DNA of 64,000 nucleotides from Candidatus Hydrogenedentota bacterium. Its GTDB lineage: Bacteria; Hydrogenedentota; Hydrogenedentia; Hydrogenedentales; SLHB01. The translations under genes were made by a program, and so were the position numbers. A model generated the notes under the pieces. The model saw nothing but the letters and a program-made list of their open reading frames with translations. It was not told where the DNA came from and made no database searches. The DNA lies in NCBI GenBank assembly GCA_963745075.1, contig CAVUWV010000031.1, forward strand, positions 32,001 through 96,000. The letters run 5' to 3'. Positions 29,255 to 39,661 of the stretch are shown piece by piece (within the stretch, counting starts at the first letter, position 1; each line of letters begins with the position of its first letter).

Positions 29255-30580
29255 ATGGCAGAAGACCTTTTCAAGCATGCGGCAGCGGAACGGCTGCGCA
29301 AAGAGGCGCCGTTGGCGCGCCGGGTGGCGCCGCGTAAGCTGGACGACTTGATCGGCCAGGAGCATATCCTTGGTCCCGGCAAGATCCTCCGCCGGGCCAT
29401 CGAGGCGGACCGGATCACATCGCTCATCCTTTACGGTCCCCCGGGCTGCGGGAAGACGGCCCTCGCGCGGCTCATCGCGATGCGAACCCAGTCCGTCTTC
29501 GACAATTTGAATGCGGTGACTTCGGGCGTAAAGGAACTCCGCGCGCTCATTGAGTCCGCCAAAACACGCCGGATCCATGAGAGCAAGAAGACGATTGTTT
29601 TCGTGGACGAGATTCACCGGTTCAATCGCGCGCAACAGGATGCCTTACTCCCGGACGTGGAGAACGGCAACATCGTGCTCATCGGGGCCACGACCGAAAA
29701 CCCGTTCTTCTCGGTCGTGTCTCCCCTTCTTTCACGATCGCAGATCTTTGAATTGCGTAAACTCTCCGAGGAGCAGATTGTCCAACTTCTGAAACGAGCG
29801 CTTACGCATCCGGAACGCGGCTGGGACGATATCGAAGTGCAGGCTGATGAAAACGCGCTGTTGCACTTCGCGACGTATGCGGAAGGCGACGCGCGCCGCG
29901 CGTTGAATGCCTTAGAGATTGCAGTACTCACCACGCCACCCGATGACGGCGTCGTGCACATCTCGCTCGCCGTGGCCGAGGAGTCCATTCAGAAGAAGCT
30001 GATCCATTACCAAGGCACGGGGGACGAACACTACGACGCGGCTTCGGCGTTCATCAAGAGTATGCGCGGCACCGATCCCGATTCGGCGTTGTACTGGATG
30101 GCGCTCATGCTGGAAGCGGGTGAAGACCCGCGGTTCATCGCCCGGCGCATCTGCATCGCCGCATCCGAAGACGTGGGCAACGCGGATCCCATGGCCTTGG
30201 TCGTGGCCACTTCCGCATGGCAGGCCTGCGAGTTTATTGGGTTGCCGGAGGCGCAAATCATCCTGGCGCAGGCCGCAACGTACGTCGCCTGCGCATCCAA
30301 GAGCAACTCCGCCGTGATGGGCATTTCCGAAGCCCGGCGGGATGTGCGCGAAGGAAAGACGGTCGAGGTTCCGTCCCACCTGCGGGATGCGCATTATCCC
30401 GGCGCGAAACGCTTAGGACGTGGAGAAGGCTACCAATACGCCCACGATTACGAGGACGGCTACGTGCCCCAAAACTACGGGGTACCGAGGGGGACCTACT
30501 ATCACCCCGTTGCGCGGGGCAAGGAAGCGGAATTCCAGGAACGGCTCGCCGAGTTCGACCGGCGAAACGAGGAAGACTAA
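29255..30580 (+). CDS. rarA: Replication-associated recombination protein A
   Basis: GPPGCGKT, DEIHRFN, GATTENP, SAFIKS.RG.DPD, ASEDVGNADP. Confidence 0.95.
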   Translation: MAEDLFKHAAAERLRKEAPLARRVAPRKLDDLIGQEHILGPGKILRRAIEADRITSLILYGPPGCGKTALARLIAMRTQSVFDNLNAVTSGVKELRALIESAKTRRIHESKKTIVFVDEIHRFNRAQQDALLPDVENGNIVLIGATTENPFFSVVSPLLSRSQIFELRKLSEEQIVQLLKRALTHPERGWDDIEVQADENALLHFATYAEGDARRALNALEIAVLTTPPDDGVVHISLAVAEESIQKKLIHYQGTGDEHYDAASAFIKSMRGTDPDSALYWMALMLEAGEDPRFIARRICIAASEDVGNADPMALVVATSAWQACEFIGLPEAQIILAQAATYVACASKSNSAVMGISEARRDVREGKTVEVPSHLRDAHYPGAKRLGRGEGYQYAHDYEDGYVPQNYGVPRGTYYHPVARGKEAEFQERLAEFDRRNEED

Positions 30581-31431
30581 CCTTTCGCGCTCGGTTTTCG
30601 CGCCACGAATCGACGGTACTGCGCCCTGCCACTCTGGATCGCATCGTACATGTCGCTCCCCTCAACGGCGGCAAACATGAAGAACTGCGGCTGACGGCTT
30701 GGAGGTACTTTGGCAAGGATGTACTCTCGTTTGCGGTCACTTTCCTGCTGCAAAGCCGCGAATACGTTGGGATTGATGATGACGTCCTCGACAATCTCGA
30801 ATCCCGCTTCCCGGATTAATCCCGCGAACTTCTCCATGCCATCGCTCACCTGAAAGTCGGTGTACAAGAGATGCCCACCCGGACGGAGCACTCGGTACGC
30901 ACCCGAAAAGAAGCGATGGGGATGGTTGTAGCAGTGCGTTGATTCGACGCTGACAACGGCGTCAAAACGTGCGTCTGGAAAAGGAAGCGCTTGGGCGTCC
31001 GCTTGTTCGAAGTTCAGACCGTCGACGCCGTACCGAGTCCGGCAGTAGGCGACGCTGCTCTTGCATACGTCGGCCGCTGTAACCGAACGCGGCCCCAGCC
31101 GCGTCGCAATGTATGCGGCCCCGCCGCCACGTCCGCATCCCACTTCCAGCACGTCTTTTCCCGTCAGATCGACGGCGCCCGCGACGGCGTGATAGAGCTG
31201 CAACGCACAACGGTCGTTCTCGGGGTCATCGGTCAGCACCGGGACCGGATCGTTCGGATCGAGCGGCACGTAGCCGTAGTTCATCAACGCGATCTGGTGG
31301 TCGTTCCGGTCGAGGCGATTGATGTAATTGTATTGGATCTTCACCATCATCGGCCGGATGACGTTGAACAGCGCGCGGATCAGCCGGCTGTTGGGCGGAT
31401 CTAACCGAGGTCCGCTTGGCGCGTCAGGCAT
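30577..31431 (-). CDS. Class I SAM-dependent methyltransferase (lipid/fatty-acid O-methyltransferase-like)
   Basis: LMNYGY, QLYH, VLEVGCGRGGG, FDAVVSVES.HCY, VLRPGG. Confidence 0.85.
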   Translation of the reverse strand: MPDAPSGPRLDPPNSRLIRALFNVIRPMMVKIQYNYINRLDRNDHQIALMNYGYVPLDPNDPVPVLTDDPENDRCALQLYHAVAGAVDLTGKDVLEVGCGRGGGAAYIATRLGPRSVTAADVCKSSVAYCRTRYGVDGLNFEQADAQALPFPDARFDAVVSVESTHCYNHPHRFFSGAYRVLRPGGHLLYTDFQVSDGMEKFAGLIREAGFEIVEDVIINPNVFAALQQESDRKREYILAKVPPSRQPQFFMFAAVEGSDMYDAIQSGRAQYRRFVARKPSAKG

Positions 31432-32488
31432 TGTGCGCGTCCTCGATTAGCTGAAAATAGCGCGCGACCTGTTCTTCCGCCCAGTAGCGGGGGCGAAAAG
31501 GCGAGGCGCCATAGACAAACCCGACGTGTCCGCCGCGTTCCGTGAATTGCGGGATCAGGTACGGCGATCGGTCCGCTTGGTCGCGCGGCAGTGTCGAGGC
31601 CGGATTGAAGGGGTCGTCGGCGGACGACAACAGCATCGTGGGCACGCGTATCCCGTCGAGGAATTGACCGCAACCCTGCGTAGCCCAATACTCATGCGCG
31701 CCGGAAAACCCGTGCAGCACGGCCGTGGCGTATTCGTCGAATTCCCAAAGGGTTCGGCTGCGGCGGACCCGATCGATATCGATGATGCCGGGGAAACGCT
31801 GCTCCTTCGCCACCGCTTTTTCGATCAGCTTGTGCAAGAAATGTTTCGCGTAGGCGCCGTGCATCACCCGGTCGATGTGAGGTCCTGAAACGGTCAGATC
31901 GTACGGCGCGGAGACCACGGCTGCGGCGCGTACCCATGAGGCGGCCTCCGCGCCGGTTTCGCCGAGCCATTTCGCCAACACGTTTCCGCCCAGGGAGAAG
32001 CCTACGGCGTAGACGGGTCCCGGATCGTCGGACAACCGCGCCGCTGCAAATGCGAGATCGGTCGTCTCGCCGGAGTGATACAAGCGAGGCGCGCGATTCA
32101 TCTCGCCGCCGCACCCGCGAAACTCCATGGAAACAGCGGTCCACCCGACGGCTTGGAACAACGCGTTCATTCCGAGCAGATACTTTGATTGGGCGTCCCC
32201 CTCCAAGCCGTGCAACATGAGCACTGTGGGTTTCTCCGGAACGCCATCGCAGAAGTGCAGATTCAGGAAATCGTTGTCGGGGGTATTCCACGTGACTTTT
32301 CGTGTCGCGGTGTTGGACGACCGTCGAAAACAGGGCGCGAAAACGGTTTGCAGGTGGCCGTTTTTGAGCCACCACGGTGGCCGGAATGGGTGCGACGCCA
32401 GACGCGCGAGCACACGAGCCTTATCCTGTTCCGCGTGTGTATCGAGCGTTTGTCGATGGTCGTCAAGTTTGACATTTGGCTCTTTCAC
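31424..32488 (-). CDS. YheT family alpha/beta hydrolase
   Basis: NGHLQT, HGLEG, GFSLGG nucleophile elbow, DDPF, GGHVGF. Confidence 0.9.
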   Translation of the reverse strand: MKEPNVKLDDHRQTLDTHAEQDKARVLARLASHPFRPPWWLKNGHLQTVFAPCFRRSSNTATRKVTWNTPDNDFLNLHFCDGVPEKPTVLMLHGLEGDAQSKYLLGMNALFQAVGWTAVSMEFRGCGGEMNRAPRLYHSGETTDLAFAAARLSDDPGPVYAVGFSLGGNVLAKWLGETGAEAASWVRAAAVVSAPYDLTVSGPHIDRVMHGAYAKHFLHKLIEKAVAKEQRFPGIIDIDRVRRSRTLWEFDEYATAVLHGFSGAHEYWATQGCGQFLDGIRVPTMLLSSADDPFNPASTLPRDQADRSPYLIPQFTERGGHVGFVYGASPFRPRYWAEEQVARYFQLIEDAHNA

Positions 32489-32644
32489 GTCAACAAACCT
32501 ATCCTAAGTCGAAGCAAGAGAGATACTTCGTAGGGGCATTCGCGATTCAGTTCCAGATTGAATCTGGGTTGCCTGCACCTTTGCGCCTATCCTACAATGG
32601 AAGCGAAACCTCACTCCAGTCTTGAACCACGGGAGGGCGTGGGA

Positions 32645-32983
32645 ATGGGAATGTTCTGGAACGCCGATATGTCGCAGAGCGCTAATTTTACGGGAAACCC
32701 GGCCAGTGACGACCGCCGCCAACAAATCCGCGAGTTGGAACACCAGGTCGCACGCCTACAACTGATGAACCAGGCACTATGGGAGTTGGTGCGTGAGCGC
32801 GCGAAGCTCACTGACGCCGACTTGCAGCAGAAAGCCCAGGAAATCGACCTCCGGGACGGCGTTCAGGACGGAGAGATTACGAACACGGCGCTGAAATGCC
32901 CATCCTGCGGGCGGGTTTCTTCATCGAAACATTGGAAGTGCCTGTACTGCGGGCTGGAATTCGAGAAACCCATCATGGGTTAA
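32645..32983 (+). CDS. Hypothetical protein with C-terminal Zn ribbon
   Basis: QALWEL, IDLRDG..DG, CPSCG...CLYCG. Confidence 0.75.
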   Translation: MGMFWNADMSQSANFTGNPASDDRRQQIRELEHQVARLQLMNQALWELVRERAKLTDADLQQKAQEIDLRDGVQDGEITNTALKCPSCGRVSSSKHWKCLYCGLEFEKPIMG

Positions 32984-32995
32984 CCCTTATAGGCG

Positions 32996-33352
32996 TCACA
33001 GGAGGGCGGTTTTCCAGGCTTCCTCGTTAAAGCCGACGAGCGCCACATCTTTCCCGAGGGCGAATGGGCGTTTGATGAGGTTGCCGTTCGCGGCCAATAG
33101 GGCAAGGGTCTCATCCACGGTCAGCGTTGGTAACCGGTCTTTCATGCCCATGATTTTGTAGTCGCCGCCGGAGGTGTTCAAGAGACTGCTAAGGTTCCCG
33201 GACCGCGCTTTGAGCATGCGGCGCAATTCCACGGGCGTGGGCGGTGTCTCCCGAATGGGGATCACCTCGTGGGGAATCCCGTGTTGTTCGAGGAACTTCA
33301 AGGCCTTGCGGCAGGTGCCGCAGTTCTTGTAGGCGTATACTTTGAGTTTCAT
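32996..33352 (-). CDS. ArsC/Spx (YffB-like) family protein
   Basis: CGTCRKA, NTSG, LIKRP. Confidence 0.9.
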   Translation of the reverse strand: MKLKVYAYKNCGTCRKALKFLEQHGIPHEVIPIRETPPTPVELRRMLKARSGNLSSLLNTSGGDYKIMGMKDRLPTLTVDETLALLAANGNLIKRPFALGKDVALVGFNEEAWKTALL

Positions 33353-33418
33353 GGCGGGGAAAAATAGCAACACCGGCGGGGCCGGTTCAAGAAACATTCA
33401 CCAGAATCGAGGGAATTG

Positions 33419-34741
33419 ATGGTTACGGAAAAAGAAGTACTGGAATCCATGCGGCACATTATCGACCCGGATTTGGGCAAGGACATTGTGTCGTTGGGCT
33501 TTATCAAGAATCTCAAGATTGACGGCGGCAATGTCTCGTTCAACGTGGAATTGACGACCCCGGCCTGCCCGGTAAAGGAATCGTTTCGCCAGAAATGCGC
33601 CGAAGCGGTTCAGGTGTTGCCTGGCGTATCTTCAGTCGACGTAAAGATGAGCGCGATGGAACGTAAGCCGCGTCCGGGGAGTGATATCAACACGTTGGAA
33701 AGCGTCGACGCCGTGATCGCCGTGTCGTCGTGCAAAGGCGGTGTTGGCAAGTCCACTGTCGCGGCGCATCTCGCCCGGGCGATGCAACGGGACGGGTTGG
33801 CCGTGGGGCTGCTGGATGCGGACGTGTACGGACCGTCCGTGCCGACGTTGTTCAACGCCTATCATCCCGCGGTGGGCATGGTGGACAACAAGATCCAACC
33901 GGTGACCCTGGACGGATTGAAAGTCATGTCGCTCGGCTTTCTGCTGGGCGAGTCCCCGGCGGTGTTACGGGGACCCATCGTCTCGAACTACATCACCCAA
34001 ATCCTTCACCAGACGGACTGGGGCAAGTTGGACTACCTCATCATCGACTTGCCGCCGGGAACGGGCGACATCCAGTTGACCATCGTGCAACAGGCGGCCC
34101 TGGACGGGGCCATCATCGTGACAACGCCCCAGGCGTTGTCGTTGGTGGACGTGGCCCGCGGCATTCTCATGTTCGAGAAGGTGAGCGTGCCCGTGCTGGG
34201 CGTAGTCGAAAACATGTGCTCGTTCACGTGCGACGACTGCGGCAAGGTCCACTACCCCTTCGGCCGCAGCCGCAGCTCGTTGCAGCAGCGGTTCGGCTTG
34301 GCGACCCTGGCGGAACTCCCAATTATGGACGGACTTTCCGATCTGTCTGGTAAGGACTCGGGCAAAGACATCAACGGTATGGCCGAGATGGCGGACCAGG
34401 TTCATCGCGCCGTTGGAAAGAGCCGCATCGAAGCGGCGGACCGTCCCGAAGTGGCTCTGGTGGGCGACACGATTCAGGTCAAGTGGAGTGATGGACACAC
34501 GGCCGGACTGTCCATGTACGACGTACGCTGTGCATGCCCCTGCGCGGTCTGCGTCGACGAGAATAGCGGCGAGAAACTGCTGGACCCGGAACAGGTTCCG
34601 CGCGATATCTCTGTCGAAAACATGCAGCAACTGGGCAACTACGCCGTGTCCTTCGCCTGGAGCGACGGCCATACGACCGGCATTTATTCATGGGATTACT
34701 TGCGGCAATTGGCCGAGGAAGGTTCGAAGGCGCAGGTATAG
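33419..34741 (+). CDS. Mrp/NBP35 Fe-S carrier ATPase with N-terminal DUF59 and C-terminal DUF971 domains
   Basis: DPDLGKDIV..LTTPACP; CKGGVGKST; DLPPGTGD; VENM..F.C..C; C-terminal RCACPCA.C, GNYA...WSDGH.TGIY. Confidence 0.92.
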   Translation: MVTEKEVLESMRHIIDPDLGKDIVSLGFIKNLKIDGGNVSFNVELTTPACPVKESFRQKCAEAVQVLPGVSSVDVKMSAMERKPRPGSDINTLESVDAVIAVSSCKGGVGKSTVAAHLARAMQRDGLAVGLLDADVYGPSVPTLFNAYHPAVGMVDNKIQPVTLDGLKVMSLGFLLGESPAVLRGPIVSNYITQILHQTDWGKLDYLIIDLPPGTGDIQLTIVQQAALDGAIIVTTPQALSLVDVARGILMFEKVSVPVLGVVENMCSFTCDDCGKVHYPFGRSRSSLQQRFGLATLAELPIMDGLSDLSGKDSGKDINGMAEMADQVHRAVGKSRIEAADRPEVALVGDTIQVKWSDGHTAGLSMYDVRCACPCAVCVDENSGEKLLDPEQVPRDISVENMQQLGNYAVSFAWSDGHTTGIYSWDYLRQLAEEGSKAQV

Positions 34742-34742
34742 G

Positions 34743-35854
34743 TTAGGAACCGGAACGCTCGACCGGTAGCAGTTCATACCAGGAATCATCGAGTTCGAAT
34801 ACGATGCGGCCTTCCAGCTTAGCGAGATCGCTTAGTTTGGATTCTTTTATAACAAGTTGCTTCCATTCCGGCGAATCGCGTCGAATGCTTTTGAGCGATT
34901 CGTTTTCGTAGCCTCGTTGGATCCAGTCTCCGTTCTTCTTCTCGAAGACCCGGCCTGCTTCTTTCTGCTGTTCGGTTTCCGCCAGCGCGCGCATCGGCGC
35001 AAATCCCTGCGCTTCACCGGCCTCGGAAGCTCCTTTTTGCGTCGCCGCGTCTGATTCCTCGGCCGTCGCTCCGGTTTCGGGTGGCGCGCTCGCGACTCGT
35101 CTCGCCGTTGGTGGTTCAGCGGACGCCGCCGGGGGCTCGGATTGGGTTGCGGGCATTTCGCGCGACAGGTATCCCAGCGACTGCAATTTCTCGCCACGGT
35201 CCTTCCCGGTCGCTTCCTCGGCGGCTGGCGGATGCCCTGCGGTCGATTCATCACTTGCTATTTCGGACTTTGCCTTTTTCTCAGCCGGTTTCTCCAAGCG
35301 GGAGCTGCCGCTGGATACGGCGCCTGGACCAGGATAGGCCTCCGTATCCATCAAATCTTTCCCGGGCGCCGACTCGTCCGGGATGTTCCGAGTAACGCGC
35401 TGCGCCTGCTCGAAAGCAGGGGCCTCGTCCGTTGCATGGTTCTGTTGAGGATGCATCGATCCCGGCGCGGGTTCCATTGCCGATTCAGCCATGGTACTGG
35501 AAAGCTGCACGGAAGCGGACCTAGGATTCATCTGCACAACGACGACTGCGCCGACCACGATGAATACGGCGGCGGCGGCCAGCAAGGGCCACATGTTGTC
35601 CTACGCATGAATCGCGCGCGGGTGAACTGCAGCGTGTTCGGGCTGAGGGCGGACCGGACCCCGTCTTCGAATCCTTCGGGGGCCTTTTCGGGCGGCAGGT
35701 TGGCGTAAAGCTGGTCCACCCGTTTGAGGGCGTCCAGTTCGCGCAACAGTTCCGCGTCATCGGACAGGGCGGCTTCGACCTCGGCCCGTTCTTCGGGGCT
35801 GAGTTCACCGTCCAGCAGGGGCGAAAACCGCTCTCTGATTTCGTCGCGATCCAT
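34743..35854 (-). CDS. Anti-sigma factor (N-terminal anti-sigma domain, TM helix, low-complexity region), frameshift near 35595
   Basis: FSPLLDGELSPEE..EVE..L; TM WPLLAAAAVFIVVG in the adjacent frame; follows the ECF sigma. Confidence 0.7.
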
Positions 35855-35877
35855 CGTATTACCTGAACTTCCGGGTT

Positions 35878-36480
35878 CTACAATATTTCCAGTTCGCGCA
35901 ACCGGTCGCGAAGCATCTGCCGCGCCTGGCTGAGCCGGGACTTCACGGTGCCGACGGGGCATCCCATGACGTCCGCGATCTCTTCATAACTCAAATCTTC
36001 GGTGGTCCGAAGGATAAACGCCATCCGGTAATTTTCGGGCAATTCCGTCAGGCATTGCTGCAACAACTCGGCCGTCTCCGCGCCGATGGCCTCGTCACTC
36101 GGCGTCGCAACTGCAGGAACGGCTGCGTCGGCCATACCGGGGGCCACGTCCTGGAGCGCTTCCAGCGAGGTGCCGCGATTGCGCCCTTTCCGGCCCATGT
36201 CGCGCAGACGGTTCCGGGCGAGGTTGGCCGCGATACTGTAAAGCCACGTATAGACTTGTGCGGTACCGCGAAAATCGCCGATCCCGCGATAGGCCCGCAC
36301 GAAAACCTCCTGGCTCAAATCGAGCGCGTCTTCCCGGTTTCCGACGAACCGGTATACGACTGCATACACGCGATCCTTGTACCGGCGGACGATTTCGTCG
36401 AAGGCGGACGAATCGCCTTTCCGGCATTGGTCAACCAACCCGGCGTCGGAGTGGCCACGGGCTTCTTTCAGCAGAACCAC
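35878..36480 (-). CDS. ECF sigma-70 factor
   Basis: DALDLSQEVF, TWLY.IA.N, LSYEEIA, GTVKSRL. Confidence 0.93.
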   Translation of the reverse strand: MVLLKEARGHSDAGLVDQCRKGDSSAFDEIVRRYKDRVYAVVYRFVGNREDALDLSQEVFVRAYRGIGDFRGTAQVYTWLYSIAANLARNRLRDMGRKGRNRGTSLEALQDVAPGMADAAVPAVATPSDEAIGAETAELLQQCLTELPENYRMAFILRTTEDLSYEEIADVMGCPVGTVKSRLSQARQMLRDRLRELEIL

Positions 36481-36610
36481 CGGTCGTTTTCGCTCCAGCG
36501 CCGGCGAGCGGCGCTTGTGTCCAATGCCAATCCTTTAGACACCCTGGGTGCGTGGAAGTTCGATGGCGCCATCAGGGTCGCCCTTAGTTTATCACGACAT
36601 CGGTAACGCG

Positions 36611-36753
36611 CAGGGCTTACGCATCTTAATTATGCAAAATATGCCACTTTCCGGAATTCGCGGTCAGTTTATCACCCGATTACGATGACGTTCTTTGCTG
36701 CGTTTAGTGAAGTACAGGCCGTATTGCCGGGAAATTTCGATGCGTAAGCCCTG
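36611..36753. repeat. Perfect 15-bp inverted repeat in the sigma/corA divergent intergenic region
   Basis: CAGGGCTTACGCATC (36611-36625) / GATGCGTAAGCCCTG (36739-36753). Confidence 0.75.
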
Positions 36754-36835
36754 GTAATGTGCGTAAGGTGTTGCGACTCTGATACGGTAGTGGCAAGGTT
36801 TCCGGCCCGATTGTTGATTGAGGAGCCTATATCCC

Positions 36836-37975
36836 ATGTCCCCGGATGACGAACATCACTCCGCGACCCAGCATAGCCGCACGCCGCCGGGCGCGCTGCC
36901 GGGGACGCTTATCGTCGATCCGGATTCGCCCATGCCGGCCATTACGGTATTCGGGTACGGTCCGAAGGGATACGAAGAAAAACAAGTCGAGGGTCCGCAA
37001 GATATCCCCGCGTTTCTGGAAGCCTGGCCGATGGTCTGGATAAACGTGGACGGACTGGGCGACCGGGACGTGCTGCAACAACTGGGCACCATGTTTGAGT
37101 TGCACCGGCTGGCGCTGGAAGACGTGGTGAGCGTCCACCAGCGGCCCAAGGTGGACCAGTACGACGACCAACTTTTTTTTGTCGCGCGCATGGTTTACCA
37201 GAACGAAGAGGTCATCACGGAACAGCTCAGCATGTTTCTTGGCGACAATTATCTGCTCACGTTCCAGGAGGGGGAGGAAGGCGATTGCTTTGAACCGGTG
37301 CGCGACCGCATCCGAAAGGGCTACGGCCGCGTGCGCAATAACGGGGTGGATTTCCTGGCGTACTGCCTGATCGACGCCCTTGTGGACGTTTACTTCCCGA
37401 TCATCGAGACGTATGGCGATCATCTGGAAATGTTGGAGGATCAGGTGCTCGAGTCGCCAACCGCCGTAATGGTCGCGGAGATTCACCAATCACGCCGCGA
37501 TCTGCTTGTGCTGCGCCGGGCCATCTGGCCTATGCGCGAGGCCATCAACGCCATCCTGCGCGACCGGGACTCGAATTTTACGCAGGAAACCCGCGTGTAC
37601 CTTCGCGATTGCTACGACCACACGATTCAGATTCTCGATCTGGTGGAGGCGTACCGGGAATTGGTGTCCGACCTGATGGACGTGTATCTTTCGTCGCTAA
37701 GCACGAAGCTGAACGAAGTCATGCGGGTACTCACGGTTATCGCGACAATCTTCATTCCACTAACGTTTGTCACCAGCCTATACGGCATGAATTTCAACAC
37801 GAAAACGTCGCCGTGGAACATGCCGGAGTTGGACTGGTTCTTCGGCTACCCGATGGTGCTGCTCATCATGGCGGCGATGGCCATCGGGCAATTGTATTTC
37901 TTCTGGCGCCGGGGCTGGCTCGGCACGACGTTGGAAGAGCGCGAAAAAGCCAAGGAAAGGCGCGAGGAGAAGTAG
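36836..37975 (+). CDS. corA: Mg/Co transporter CorA
   Basis: LHRLALED, QRPK, YGMNF signature, MPEL, two C-terminal TM helices. Confidence 0.95.
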   Translation: MSPDDEHHSATQHSRTPPGALPGTLIVDPDSPMPAITVFGYGPKGYEEKQVEGPQDIPAFLEAWPMVWINVDGLGDRDVLQQLGTMFELHRLALEDVVSVHQRPKVDQYDDQLFFVARMVYQNEEVITEQLSMFLGDNYLLTFQEGEEGDCFEPVRDRIRKGYGRVRNNGVDFLAYCLIDALVDVYFPIIETYGDHLEMLEDQVLESPTAVMVAEIHQSRRDLLVLRRAIWPMREAINAILRDRDSNFTQETRVYLRDCYDHTIQILDLVEAYRELVSDLMDVYLSSLSTKLNEVMRVLTVIATIFIPLTFVTSLYGMNFNTKTSPWNMPELDWFFGYPMVLLIMAAMAIGQLYFFWRRGWLGTTLEEREKAKERREEK

Positions 37976-38113
37976 GCCCAACGAAGATTCTCCGTGGGGT
38001 ATCGGGGATGTTCGAGGGACCGCAGGGACATGTGCCGGCGAGAAGCGTCTCGAGATCGTGGCCAATCCTGGACGTTGCAACCGGGCATGGTACCGAGGTC
38101 AGGAGGAAAACCA

Positions 38114-39499
38114 TTGCGCACAATCCTATCGTTCGCGTTGTTAATCGCGCCGATTGCCGTTGCGGAGCCCCTGACGGTCGGCACGGCGGTGGTGGACATC
38201 ACGCCGCCCGTCGGCTACCGGATGAGCGGCTACTTCTACGAACGGTTAAGCACCGGCGTGCACGATCCGTTGCACGCGCGCGCGTTGGCCTTCGCGCAAG
38301 GAGACGAGCGAGGCGCCATCGTCCTGTGCGAACTGGTCGGTGTGCCAGCGGAAGCGACGCGTCCCGCGCGCGAGGAAGCTTCGAGGCGAACGGGCATTCC
38401 AGCCGCGAATATATTGATTGCGGCGACCCATTCTCACACCGGGCCGGCGTATTTTGGTGCGCGTTTCGCCTACTTCAAGGAACAGGCCATCGCGGAACAC
38501 AACGCCGATCCCCACGAAGCGACTTCGTATCTCGAAACGTTGACCGGCGATCTGGTGCGCGTCATCGAGGAAGCGGTTGCGCATCGAGTTCCCGTATCGC
38601 TCCGCGCGGGGGGCGCCACGCAAGAAGGATTGGCATTCAACCGGCGGTTTCACATGAAGGATGGCAGCGTCCGTTTCAATCCGGGCAAGCAGAATCCTGA
38701 AATTGTGGAGCCGGCGGGTCCGACGGATCCATCGGTACCCGTGATCCTGTTTGAACCGTTGGAGGATAGCGTTCCGCCTACCCTGTTGACGTCCTTTGCG
38801 ATGCACCTGGACACGGTGGGCGGCACGGAATACTCGGCGGACTATCCCTACTACATGGGAAACGTGTTGCATCAGAAGTACGAGGACCTCGTTCCGATCT
38901 TCGCCATCGGACCTGCGGGCGACATCAACCACGTCGATGTCAGCACCAAGGCGCCACAGAAAGGACACGAGGAAGCGGAGCGCATCGGCAACACGCTGGG
39001 CGCGACCGTCTTAAAGGCATTGGAGTCGCTCCCACGCGTGGATGTTCCGTCGTTCGCGGTTCGCACCGAATCGGTGACGCTTCCCCTCCAGTACTACTCG
39101 GCGGAAGACGTGGCCTATGCGATGGCCAACCGGGACATGATTGCCGATAGCGAGGTTCCATTCCTGGAACGCGTGCGGCTGTACAAAATCGTCGATCTTC
39201 AGATGCGCGGCGGGGACTCGATCGCCGTTGACGTCCAGGCGTTCCGGCTGGGGCCGGACGTCGCCGTCGTAGGCCTTCCGGGCGAGATTTTCGTGAACCT
39301 CGGTTTGGCTATTACGAGGGCCTCTCCCTTCAAGACCACGCTGATCATCGAGCTGGCCAACGATTACGCGGGCTACGTTCCCACGCGCAAGGCCTTTGAA
39401 GAAGGCAGTTACGAAACAGTGAATTCGCGCGTGCAACCGGGCGGCGGCGAAGCCTTAGTGGACGCCGCGGTGCGGCAATTGAAGGCCTTGGCGGAGTAG
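38114..39499 (+). CDS. Secreted neutral/alkaline ceramidase-like hydrolase
   Basis: TTG start after AGGAGG; DITPP, HDPL.ARAL, ATHSHTGP, FNRR, LPGE.F, GY.PT. Confidence 0.8.
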   Translation: MRTILSFALLIAPIAVAEPLTVGTAVVDITPPVGYRMSGYFYERLSTGVHDPLHARALAFAQGDERGAIVLCELVGVPAEATRPAREEASRRTGIPAANILIAATHSHTGPAYFGARFAYFKEQAIAEHNADPHEATSYLETLTGDLVRVIEEAVAHRVPVSLRAGGATQEGLAFNRRFHMKDGSVRFNPGKQNPEIVEPAGPTDPSVPVILFEPLEDSVPPTLLTSFAMHLDTVGGTEYSADYPYYMGNVLHQKYEDLVPIFAIGPAGDINHVDVSTKAPQKGHEEAERIGNTLGATVLKALESLPRVDVPSFAVRTESVTLPLQYYSAEDVAYAMANRDMIADSEVPFLERVRLYKIVDLQMRGGDSIAVDVQAFRLGPDVAVVGLPGEIFVNLGLAITRASPFKTTLIIELANDYAGYVPTRKAFEEGSYETVNSRVQPGGGEALVDAAVRQLKALAE

Positions 39500-39574
39500 C
39501 GCCGTCTGCCATAGAGTCTTTATCGACAACTGCTAACCGATTGTCGCGTAATCACGCCGAAGGAAGGGTCGGAT

Positions 39575-39648
39575 TGTAGCGCAGGCGTCTCGCTTGCCTT
39601 GTATTCAGGTTAATCCAGTGACCTTACAGGCGAGACGCCTGCGCCACA
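39575..39648. repeat. GTAG-type REP doublet (REPIN-like)
   Basis: TGTAGCGCAGGCGTCTCGCTTG ... CAGGCGAGACGCCTGCGCCACA between convergent genes; partial relative at 13378. Confidence 0.85.
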
Positions 39649-39661
39649 TTCATGGAAATGC

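Noticed and set aside
36600..36835. M-box riboswitch upstream of corA
   Set aside because: The conserved GTTAGGTGAGGCTCCT core is not found.
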